Assembly (NCBI GenBank): GCA_965199715.1
Contig: OZ241322.1
Coordinates: 1,696,001 to 1,760,000 of the forward strand
DNA: 64,000 nt
Origin: Vicinamibacteria bacterium
GTDB lineage: Bacteria > Acidobacteriota > Vicinamibacteria > Marinacidobacterales > Marinacidobacteraceae
Direction of reading: 5' to 3'
Both the position numbers and the translations under genes were made by a program. A model generated the notes under the pieces. The model worked only from the letters and a program-made list of their open reading frames with translations. It searched no databases and had not been told where the DNA came from. Positions 46,654 to 55,327 of this stretch are shown here, one piece after another (the first letter of the stretch is position 1; every line of letters begins with the position of its first letter).

Positions 46654-47850
46654 ATGGCCCGAGGCACCCCGTTCCACGACCGCACCGAGCCGCTGTGCGC
46701 GAGCATGCGCTGGAAGGAGTGGTCCGGCTTCCACGTCGTGGACGCCTTCGACCGGTTCCACGATCCGGAGTACCACGCGATGCGTTTCGGGGCGGCGCTG
46801 ATCGACGTGTCGCCGCTGTTCAAGTACGACTTCCGGGGACCGGACGCAACTGCGCTGACCGACCGGATCGTCACCCGCAACGTGGCCCGCTCCCGGGTCG
46901 GGCAGGTGCTCTATTCGGGCTGGTGCGACGAACGCGGGAAGCTGCTCCAGGACGGCTGCTTCCAGCGGCTCGCGCCGGACCTGGTGCGGGCGACCGCCGT
47001 GGATCCGTCGCTCACCTGGTTCGAGCAGGTCGCCGGGGGCATGGACGTTCGGATCGAGGACGCATCCGACGAGTGGGGGGCGCTCGCGCTCCAGGGGCCG
47101 TCGTCGTGCGCGATCCTGAGCGCGCTCGCCGACGCGGAGTTGTCGGACCTCGGGTTCTTCCGGCTGCGCGAGGCGCGCCTCGGCGGCGTTCCCACGATCG
47201 TCACCCGCACCGGGTACACCGGCGACCTCGGCTACGAGCTGTGGGTTCGGAGCGAGCGCGCCGGCGAGCTGTGGGATCGGCTCATGGAGGCCGGCGAGCC
47301 GCGCGGGCTCCTGCCGGCGGGGATGCTCGCGCTCGATCGGGCGCGGGTCGAGGCGGGCCTTCCGCTCATCGACGTGGATTTCTGGAACGCCGACCATGCG
47401 CTCACCGAGGGGCAGAAGTCCACGCCCTACGAGATGGGCCTCGGATGGGCGGTCAGCGCGAAGAAGGGGCCGTTCATCGGCAAGGCGGCGCTCATGGCGG
47501 AGCGTCGGCGCGGCCCGGAGCGGTTCTTCGTGGGGATCGAGACGCCGATCGGCGAGCTCCAGCGTCTGTTCGCGCTCGAGGAGTTGGCTCCCGAGGTCGG
47601 GGACGAGGTGAACCGGGTCGGCGTGCCGGTCTATGCGGGCGGGCGGCAGGTCGGCCGGGCCACGAGCGTGTGCTGGTCGCCGCTCCTGAAGCGCCAGGTC
47701 GCGCTCGCGACGGTGGAGCGCGGCTTCGAGAAGCACGGCACGCCGCTCGACGTGGAGGTCACGGTCGAGTACACCCGCTACCGGGCGGCTTCGCGGGTCG
47801 CCCCGTTGCCGTTCTTCGACCCGCCCCGCAAGCGGGCGACCCCGGCCTGA
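46654..47850 (+). CDS. GcvT-like aminomethyltransferase family protein
   Basis: DVSPLFK, LALQGP, RTGYTGDLGYELW, RVEAG, PFFDP. Confidence 0.9.
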   Translation: MARGTPFHDRTEPLCASMRWKEWSGFHVVDAFDRFHDPEYHAMRFGAALIDVSPLFKYDFRGPDATALTDRIVTRNVARSRVGQVLYSGWCDERGKLLQDGCFQRLAPDLVRATAVDPSLTWFEQVAGGMDVRIEDASDEWGALALQGPSSCAILSALADAELSDLGFFRLREARLGGVPTIVTRTGYTGDLGYELWVRSERAGELWDRLMEAGEPRGLLPAGMLALDRARVEAGLPLIDVDFWNADHALTEGQKSTPYEMGLGWAVSAKKGPFIGKAALMAERRRGPERFFVGIETPIGELQRLFALEELAPEVGDEVNRVGVPVYAGGRQVGRATSVCWSPLLKRQVALATVERGFEKHGTPLDVEVTVEYTRYRAASRVAPLPFFDPPRKRATPA

Positions 47851-47852
47851 GC

Positions 47853-48288
47853 TTGATCGAGATCCGGACCGGGAGCCTCCTCGAGTCGGACGCGGAGGCG
47901 CTCGTGAACCCGGTGAACTGCGCCGGCGTGATGGGCGCGGGCCTCGCGCTCCAGTTCAAGCGGGCTTGTCCGGAGAACTTCCGCGCGTACGCCGCGGCGT
48001 GCCGGAGGAGAGCGGTGCAGCCCGGACGCGTGTTCGTGTTCGCACGGGCGCCGCATCGTGAATTTCCCGACCAAGTGGCATTGGCGGAACCCGGGCCGGC
48101 TGCCGATCGTCGAGGCCGGACTCGAGGATCTGCGGGACGTCATCGATCGAGAGGACGTCCGCTTGATCGCGATCCCGGCGCTCGGATGCGGGCTCGGCGG
48201 ACTGGACTGGAGCGACGTGCGCCCCCTCGTCGAGAGCGCAATGTCCGGGTTCGACGAACTCAGGGCGGAGGTGTTCGAACCGAGCTGA
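47853..48288 (+). pseudogene. Macro-domain (DarG-like) ADP-ribosylhydrolase, frameshifted
   Basis: ALVNPVNCAGVMGAGLALQFK in one frame; IVNFPTKWHWR...IAIPALGCGLGGLDW in another. Break near 48045-48057. Confidence 0.85.
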
Positions 48289-49861
48289 CCGCGCCGGCTC
48301 CCTCCCGGACCACCACGGTCCCGACCGGCAGCGCGCCGAGTCTCACCGATCCGCCGGCCGCCCACTCGACCTCCGCCGACTCGGCTCCGCCGCCCAGCAG
48401 CACCCGCGCGTCGCTCGACGAGAGGAAGCTGCCGCTGCGGTGGGATTCCCGCAGCCGGGCTCCGGCGCGGACGCGGCTGCCAGTCCCGTCCCGGGGCGAG
48501 CGGACGCCGACGAGACGCACCAGCGTCCCCTGGCCGGGGCTCCGGTTGGCCAGCAACGTCGCCCGGTCGTCGATGTTCACGACCACGACGTCGGTGCGGG
48601 CGTCGCCGTCGAGATCGCCGAACGCCGCGCCCCGGCTGGAACGAACCCCGCCGCCCCACTCGACCTCGACGTACCGGCCGTCGGCCTCGTTCCTGAACAC
48701 CTGGTTCGGCATCGCGTAGCGGGTGTTGCTGCCGGCGTCTGCGGCCGCCGGATAGACGTGCCCGTTGGCGACGAACAGATCCAGCCGGCCGTCGCTGTCG
48801 AGGTCGGCGAACCGCGTGCCCCAGCCGAGCGCGAACCACCCCGGCGTCCGCAGCGCGTTGCGGGTCGTGCTGTCCTCGAAGAAGCCGCCGCCCATGTTCC
48901 GGTAGGCGGTGTTCGTGTCGTGCGAGAAGTTCGTGACGAACAGGTCCAACTGGCCGTCGTCGTCGAAGTCGCCCGCGTCCACGCCCATCCCCGCCTGCGC
49001 CAGCCCGTCCACGTTGTAGGCGGTTCCGGCGACCAGTCCGTCCTCCCGGAAACCGCCCGGCTCCCGGATCCACAGATGGTTCGGAACCGAGTCGTTGGCG
49101 ACGTACAGATCCGTGTCCCCGTCGCCGTCGAGGTCCGCCGCCACGACCCCGAGCCCGTAGCCGGCCTCCGCCGCGTCGAACCCGAACGCGCTCGTCGCCT
49201 CGTCGAACCCGCCGTCGCCCCGGTTGCGGAAGAAGGCGTCCGCCTCTGGAGTCAGCCCCGAGGGGCCGCAGAAGACCGGAAGCGAGAACCACACGCAGCT
49301 CGCGGCCTCGCCGGGAAGGGGGAGGTCGGCGATGGCGTCGCGGGTGTACCCGAGCACGAAGAGATCCAGCCAGCCGTCGCCGTCGGCGTCGAAGAACGCC
49401 GCCGACGTGGAGAACGCCGGGTGGTCCGCCCCCGCCCCCGCCGGCAGCCGCTCGAAGGTTCCGTCGCCCCGGTTCCGGTAGAACGCGTTGGGGCCGAGGT
49501 TCGTCACGTAGAGGTCGGGGAAGCCGTCGTTGTCGAAGTCGGCGGCGGCCGCCCCGAACCCCCATCCGACGTCCCCGACGCCCGCCGCCTCGGTCACGTC
49601 GGCGAAGCGGAACCCGCCTTCGTTCCGGTAGAGCCGGTTCGGCAGCCCCTCGCCGGGAACCCGGCCGTCGAGCGGCGCCCCGTTGACCAGATAGAGGTCG
49701 AGGTCCCCGTCCTGGTCGTAGTCGAGAAGCCCGGCCCCGCTCCCGAGCGAGGACACGATGAACCGCTTCTGAGGATCGCCGCTCCGGTTGCGGTACTCGA
49801 CCCCGCTCGCCGGCGTCACGTCCGCCAGGACGATCTGGCTCAGCAGCAGCGCGAGGATCAC
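48260..49861 (-). CDS. CRTAC1/ASPIC-UnbV family FG-GAP repeat protein
   Basis: Repeated DxDxDGxxDL motifs, AGMGVD, SRGAAFGD. Confidence 0.9.
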   Translation of the reverse strand: MILALLLSQIVLADVTPASGVEYRNRSGDPQKRFIVSSLGSGAGLLDYDQDGDLDLYLVNGAPLDGRVPGEGLPNRLYRNEGGFRFADVTEAAGVGDVGWGFGAAAADFDNDGFPDLYVTNLGPNAFYRNRGDGTFERLPAGAGADHPAFSTSAAFFDADGDGWLDLFVLGYTRDAIADLPLPGEAASCVWFSLPVFCGPSGLTPEADAFFRNRGDGGFDEATSAFGFDAAEAGYGLGVVAADLDGDGDTDLYVANDSVPNHLWIREPGGFREDGLVAGTAYNVDGLAQAGMGVDAGDFDDDGQLDLFVTNFSHDTNTAYRNMGGGFFEDSTTRNALRTPGWFALGWGTRFADLDSDGRLDLFVANGHVYPAAADAGSNTRYAMPNQVFRNEADGRYVEVEWGGGVRSSRGAAFGDLDGDARTDVVVVNIDDRATLLANRSPGQGTLVRLVGVRSPRDGTGSRVRAGARLRESHRSGSFLSSSDARVLLGGGAESAEVEWAAGGSVRLGALPVGTVVVREGAGAVSSVRTPPP

Positions 49862-51321
49862 GAACGGCGCAGCGCCCGAAGCTCCGGATGGTCCGGCCAG
49901 CGCCGCAGCGCCGCGTCGAGTGCCGCCTCCGCGTCCTCGCGCCGGCCGAGCGCGAGAAGCGCCCGGACCACGAGCTCGTGGTGCGCCGGTTCGTCGGCGG
50001 AGAGCGCGAGCAGCAGGCTCGCCTCCTCGAGGGCGCGGTCGGGCGCGCCTCCCTCGACGAGAACCCGGACCAGCTCGCGCTTCGGCTCGGGGACGCCCGG
50101 CGCCTGGTTCACCATCGCCTTCAGCTCGCGGACGCGCTCGTCGAGGGCGCGCACCTCCTGGAACCGGGCGAGGCGCTCGCGCCCGAGCGCTGCGAGCTCG
50201 GGATCGCCGCTGCGCGCCAGCAGGTTGCCCAGGTGGAGATGCGGCTCCGGCAGCGTGGGTGCCGTCTCGATCGCCTGCTCCAGCCGGGCGCGCGCGCTCT
50301 CGGGTTCGCCGGCGCTGCGGTGCGCGAGTCCGAGCGTCTGGAGGCCCGTCGCGAGGTCGGTCGGGTCCACGGGCGGCGCCTCGGCGTCCACCGCGGGAAC
50401 GAGCACCTCGATGGCCTCCTCGCTGCGGGTCTGCTCCTCGAGCAGCAGCCCCAGCCGGAAGCGCGCCATGCGGTGGTTCGGGTCCAGCTCCAGCGCGCGT
50501 CGGTAGCCGGCCTCCGCGCCGGGATCCTGGAGGAAGTGGAGCACGTCGCCGAGCCGGAAGTGCGTCTCTGCGTCGGCCGGAGCGGCTTCGGCGGCCGCCC
50601 GGCAGGCGTCCCGCGCCTCCTCCAGTCGATCCTCCCGCGACCGGAGCAGGCACAGTTCCGAAAGGGAAGGCGGGTGGCCGGGATCCAGCTCGAGGGCGCG
50701 GTCGAGGTGGCGCCCGGCCAGATCGAACCGGCCCAGATTCGAATACAGCCCGCCGAGATGGTGGTGCGCCTCGAGTGACGCGGGGTCGGCGCGGACCGCG
50801 GCGGCGAGCGCCCGCCGCGCTTCCGCCGGACGGCCTTGCCGCGCGTGCAGGGTTCCGAGCGGCGCGAGGATCTCCGCCCGCCCCGGCCAGTCGCCGGCGA
50901 GCGACTCGAGCCGCTCCCGTGCCTCGTCGGTGTTTCCCCGGCGGGCGAGCAGCAGGGCCAGATCCAGCCGCGCGACCGGGTTCTCGGGATCGAGGGCGAG
51001 GGCGCGCCGGAACGCCGCCTCGGCGCCGGAGAGGTCGCCCTGGGCGGCGAGCGCGCTCCCCACGAGGCGCGGTCCGTTGGCGTTGTCGGGAACTAGCTTG
51101 CCGAAGATCTCTCCCAGCCGGGCCGCCTCCCCGAAGTCCCCGATCCGGAGCCGCGCCACCGCGAGCATCCACGTGGGCACCGGGTCTCCCGGATGCTCCG
51201 CGCGCTCGGCTTCGAGCAGCGGGATCGCCTCGTCGAATTTCCCGGCGTCGAGAAGCGCCTGGGCGTCCGGCGCCGGCTGCGCCGCGAGCGCGGCGGCGAG
51301 CGCGAATGCCGCGATGGTCAT
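49858..51321 (-). CDS. TPR-repeat protein, secreted
   Basis: Signal peptide; multiple RRALxLDP TPR repeats. Confidence 0.88.
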   Translation of the reverse strand: MTIAAFALAAALAAQPAPDAQALLDAGKFDEAIPLLEAERAEHPGDPVPTWMLAVARLRIGDFGEAARLGEIFGKLVPDNANGPRLVGSALAAQGDLSGAEAAFRRALALDPENPVARLDLALLLARRGNTDEARERLESLAGDWPGRAEILAPLGTLHARQGRPAEARRALAAAVRADPASLEAHHHLGGLYSNLGRFDLAGRHLDRALELDPGHPPSLSELCLLRSREDRLEEARDACRAAAEAAPADAETHFRLGDVLHFLQDPGAEAGYRRALELDPNHRMARFRLGLLLEEQTRSEEAIEVLVPAVDAEAPPVDPTDLATGLQTLGLAHRSAGEPESARARLEQAIETAPTLPEPHLHLGNLLARSGDPELAALGRERLARFQEVRALDERVRELKAMVNQAPGVPEPKRELVRVLVEGGAPDRALEEASLLLALSADEPAHHELVVRALLALGRREDAEAALDAALRRWPDHPELRALRRS

Positions 51322-51366
51322 GGTTCCCCCGCAGTATCGCCCAGATTCGCTACCATGCTCGACCTG

Positions 51367-53532
51367 ATGCTCCCCCGCCTCGCCGGTCTCGTCTTCCTCG
51401 GCCTTCTCGCCGCCGCGCCGGGCTTCGCGCAGAGCGAGGATGAGCTGATCGAGCGGCTTCCCGAGCGGCACCGGGTCTGGCTCGAGGAAGAGGTCATCTA
51501 CATCATCACGGACCGCGAGAAGCGCACCTTCCTCGAGCTTTCCTCCGAGATCGAGCGCGACGCCTTCGTCGGGGCGTTCTGGCGGAAGCGGGACCTCAAC
51601 CCCTCGACCCCCGAGAACGAGTTCCGGACCGAGCACTACGCCCGCATCGACCACGTGAACAACTGGTTCGGGCGCGACACCTTCCGCAAGGGCTGGCAGA
51701 CCGACCGGGGCCGCTACTACATCCTGCTCGGCCCGCCGCGCTCCATCCAGAACTACGAGGCCCGCGACGAGATCTACCCGACCGAGCTCTGGTTCTACAA
51801 CAACTCGGAGCTGAAGCGGTTCGGCTTGCCGGCGTTCTTCTACCTGCTCTTCTGGCGGCGGCACGGCATCGGCGAACTCCAGCTCTACGACCCGATCGCG
51901 GACGGCCCCCCGGCGCTGCTGACAGGGTACCAGCCCGAGCGGCGCGATTTCCGCGACGAGGTCGAGCGCGCCTACGAGGTCCTCTACGAGTTCGATCCCG
52001 AAGTCGCGAACGCGGCCATGTCGTTCCGCACCGACGAGCAGGACATCACCCGCTTCCAGGCGGTGCCGTTCGGGAGCCTGTCGCTGCTGCAGGACATCCA
52101 CGACGTGCCCTTCGTCGGGCTCGACGACAGCTACGCGGACCGGCTCGACTTCGAGAACGGCGCGATCGAGGCCGACTACTTGTTCACCTACGTGCCCGGC
52201 CACGGCGCGATGGCGATCCTGCCCGGCCCGGAGGGCGCGTCGTTCCTCCACTGGGTCATCGACATCGACGCCCAGCACAACTCGTTCGTCCGCAACGAGG
52301 ATCGCGGGACCTTCGACACGTCGTACATCGGTTCGGTGGAGGTCGTGCTCCGGGACGACCCGGAAACCGTGGTCACCGAGTTCCGCCAAGAGTCCTTCGT
52401 CTCGCTGAGCGAATCCGAGCGGGGCGCGCTCCACCGTCCGTTCTCGTGGTCCGGCCTCCTGCCGCTGGTCCCCGGGAGCCATACCGTGCGGATCGTGCTG
52501 AGGAACCGCGCCTGCGGCTCCCGCGACGAGTCCGAATGCGCGAAGAGCTACACGCTGGTCGAGGGCGACGTCTCGGTTCTCGGCGCCGGCGCCGGTCCGG
52601 GCCTTTCCGACCTCGTGCTCGGCAAGCGGTTCGAGGAGGCGGACCCCGCCTATCGCCCGTTCCGGATGGCGGTCTCCGAAGGCGTGATCCCCAACCCGCA
52701 GGGCGTGTACACGGTCGGGTCCAACTTCGTCGCCGCGCTCGTGCCCCGCGACCCGCCCGAGGGATCCACGGTGCGGTTCCGGGTTCTGAGCCGAGAGCCG
52801 CTCTCCGACGGCGAAGTGCGGCTCGAGCGGAGCGTCGAGGCCCGGATCGAGCCCGCCCGGGGGATGGTCTCGCTGGACATGCCGCTGCTCGACCTCGAGG
52901 CGGCGCGGTACGAGGTGGAGGCGACGCTGCTCGATCCCGCCGGCGAGGCGCTCGACGCCCGCCGCGCCGCGTTCTCGATCTCGCCCCGGGGCGACCTGCT
53001 GGACGCCGGGTTCCGCGGCGTCCTGCTGCCCTACGGCCCCGAGAATCCGGGCCTCACGAGCCTCGCGCTTGGCGAGCAGCTCGTCGCGCTCGAGCGGTCC
53101 GCCTCGGCGCGGGCGGTGCTGGAGCACGCCATCCAGACCGCGCCGCGCCTCGGCCGGGCGCGGGAGCTGCTCGCCGGCCTGGAGGCTGAGGCGGGGAACC
53201 TGGACCGAGTCGTCGAGCTGCTAGAACCGGTGTACGCCGAGGTGCGGGACCGCTACGAGGTGCTCCGGGTGCTGGGCGAGGCCTACTTCCGGCTGCAGCG
53301 CTTCGAGGACGCGGATGCGCTGCTCGGCAGGGCGTTCGCGATCCGGAACCCGGACGCCGGCGGGCTGAACATGCTCGGGCTGGCGCGCTTCCAAGTCTCG
53401 GATTTCGACGGGGCGCAGGAAGCGTTCGAGCGGTCGCTCGGGCTGGACGCCGAGCAGCCGCAGGTCCGCGAGGCGCTGGACCGGGTCGAGGAAGCCCGGC
53501 GCGCCGCGTCCGGCGCCGTCCCCCGCGGCTGA
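51367..53532 (+). CDS. GWxTD domain protein with C-terminal TPRs
   Basis: WLEEEVIYII, FWRKRD..P.TPENE, GWQTDRGRYYILLGPP. Confidence 0.9.
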   Translation: MLPRLAGLVFLGLLAAAPGFAQSEDELIERLPERHRVWLEEEVIYIITDREKRTFLELSSEIERDAFVGAFWRKRDLNPSTPENEFRTEHYARIDHVNNWFGRDTFRKGWQTDRGRYYILLGPPRSIQNYEARDEIYPTELWFYNNSELKRFGLPAFFYLLFWRRHGIGELQLYDPIADGPPALLTGYQPERRDFRDEVERAYEVLYEFDPEVANAAMSFRTDEQDITRFQAVPFGSLSLLQDIHDVPFVGLDDSYADRLDFENGAIEADYLFTYVPGHGAMAILPGPEGASFLHWVIDIDAQHNSFVRNEDRGTFDTSYIGSVEVVLRDDPETVVTEFRQESFVSLSESERGALHRPFSWSGLLPLVPGSHTVRIVLRNRACGSRDESECAKSYTLVEGDVSVLGAGAGPGLSDLVLGKRFEEADPAYRPFRMAVSEGVIPNPQGVYTVGSNFVAALVPRDPPEGSTVRFRVLSREPLSDGEVRLERSVEARIEPARGMVSLDMPLLDLEAARYEVEATLLDPAGEALDARRAAFSISPRGDLLDAGFRGVLLPYGPENPGLTSLALGEQLVALERSASARAVLEHAIQTAPRLGRARELLAGLEAEAGNLDRVVELLEPVYAEVRDRYEVLRVLGEAYFRLQRFEDADALLGRAFAIRNPDAGGLNMLGLARFQVSDFDGAQEAFERSLGLDAEQPQVREALDRVEEARRAASGAVPRG

Positions 53533-53544
53533 CCGCCGGCCGCG

Positions 53545-53709
53545 TCAGTCGCGGAACAGCACGATCGCCCAGCCGACGACGTTGCCGATAATGAGGACTG
53601 CGACGCGTATGCGTCCCACGTTGTTCCAGAACCGGGCGCTGCGTGCGGTCCGCTCCCGCACGGCGCGCCGCTCATCGCGGGACATGCCCTCGAAGTCCGT
53701 GAATCCCAT
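53545..53709 (-). CDS. Small membrane protein
   Basis: 54-aa ORF with C-terminal hydrophobic helix, 5 bp downstream of the DUF1640-like gene. Confidence 0.5.
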   Translation of the reverse strand: MGFTDFEGMSRDERRAVRERTARSARFWNNVGRIRVAVLIIGNVVGWAIVLFRD

Positions 53710-53714
53710 GGCGG

Positions 53715-54041
53715 TCAGCGCAACATCCGCGCGATTGCGATGAGCAGGCCGGCGATCGCGAACGTCTGGAGCAACGGCGCCCGATTGAGGCTCTTGCCCA
53801 TTTCCCCGCGGAGCTGCTTCAGGCCGCCCCGCAGGTCGGCGCGGAGCCCCTTCACTTCGCCCTGCATCTCGGCGCGCGACACCGCCATCTCGGCCCGGAG
53901 CCGGGCCGCGAGCCCATCCAGCGCGGCCTGCAACATCTCCGGCGTGACCTGGCGCTCGGCGAATTCGCGGAAGATCTCCGCGATCGCCTCGGCCTGACGG
54001 GCGTCCGTCATGTTCCGGACCGTGCCCAGCGTATTGAGCAC
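53715..54041 (-). CDS. DUF1640/CCDC90-like coiled-coil membrane protein
   Basis: NTL...RQAEAIAE head, coiled coil, C-terminal TM; GAGG SD. Confidence 0.65.
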   Translation of the reverse strand: MLNTLGTVRNMTDARQAEAIAEIFREFAERQVTPEMLQAALDGLAARLRAEMAVSRAEMQGEVKGLRADLRGGLKQLRGEMGKSLNRAPLLQTFAIAGLLIAIARMLR

Positions 54042-54151
54042 AGCGAAATTCCTCCCTCGGGACCGTCAAGAACCCTTGTCTGATTCCCGGCCACGAGACG
54101 CTCGTGGAGGACTGCGATCGGCAGAGCGGAGTTCGGGGACGCCAGCACGGC

Positions 54152-55327
54152 GTGACGTGGTCGCGGAACTACCGGATCGGGGCCCGCACGGACCTCGTCT
54201 GGATCGTCCTTTCCGCCGGAATCGGCTGGCTCTACCTCGCCCTGATCCTCGCCGCGGGACGCGGACTCGAGTCCCCGCTGACCGACCCGTTCTGGACTCC
54301 CACGATCGGCGGCGCGGCGATCCCGCTCAGCCTCGGGCTGGTCGTGGTGGCGACGTGGGCGATCCTGCTGGACGCGCCGCACCTGTTCGCGACGCTCGCC
54401 CGCACCGTGCTCGACCCGAAGGAATGGCGCGTGCGGGGCGGCTTGTTCCTCGCCTCGTTCGGCTTCTTCCTGCTCGGCCCGGCGCTCATCCTCGGCCCCC
54501 GGCTGTTTTTCCCGCCCCGGTACGCGGCGCTCGGCGACCTCGCCTTCCTCGGGTTCTTTCGGCTGTGGGCGTAGTGCCACGTTGTCCGCCAGCACTGGGG
54601 GTTCCTGCGCCTCTACGCGCGGCGCAACCCCGAGTCCGAGGACGCGGCCGAGGCGCGGGCGGACCGGATCGCGTTTCCGCTGATGTTCTACCTGCCGGTC
54701 GCGTGGTACCTGACCGTCCCCTGGTACGCCGAGACCGGGATGCCCGACCTCGGCCTCGCCGGCGCCGGGATTCACGACGCGGTCGGCGCGCTCTGGCTGC
54801 CGGCGGTCGGCGGCTACGCGCTCTTCCAGTGGCGATGCCTGCGCGCGGGGAAGCCGCGCAACCTCCCCAAGCTGCTGCTCCTCGCCGCGACCGTTCCCCT
54901 GCACGCGGCGGCGTTCTCGAGCCCGCTGCTCGCGCTTTTCGTCGTGCCGCTCGTCACCGCGGGCCACAACATCCAGTACCACCGCTTCGTCTGGGACTAC
55001 GGCCGCAAGCGCTACCGAGGCGGCCGAAGCCTCGCGGCGGGGTCGTTCCGGAACCCGTTCCTCTATCTCGCCCTCGGGTTCACCTTCCTCGCGTACCGGG
55101 GGCCGCTCGTGACCTGGTTCGCCGCGCTCGGCGCGTCGTTCCTCGACGAGGTCGCGCTGCCGTTGGCGGGCCTGATGGCGGGCGCGCCGGGAAGCGCCGG
55201 CGGGCAGGCAGTCGCCGCCGCGATCCTCGGCTGGGCCATGCAGCACTACTGGCTGGATGCCCGGATCTGGCGGGTCTCGAAGGACGAACGGCTGCGGCGG
55301 ATCCTCAGAACGCCTTCAACCACGTGA
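54152..55327 (+). pseudogene. His-motif polytopic membrane protein with an in-frame TAG at 54572-54574
   Basis: One frame across the TAG: LDAPHLFAT, WA*CHVVRQHWGF, HNIQYH, HYWLDARIW. Confidence 0.8.
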
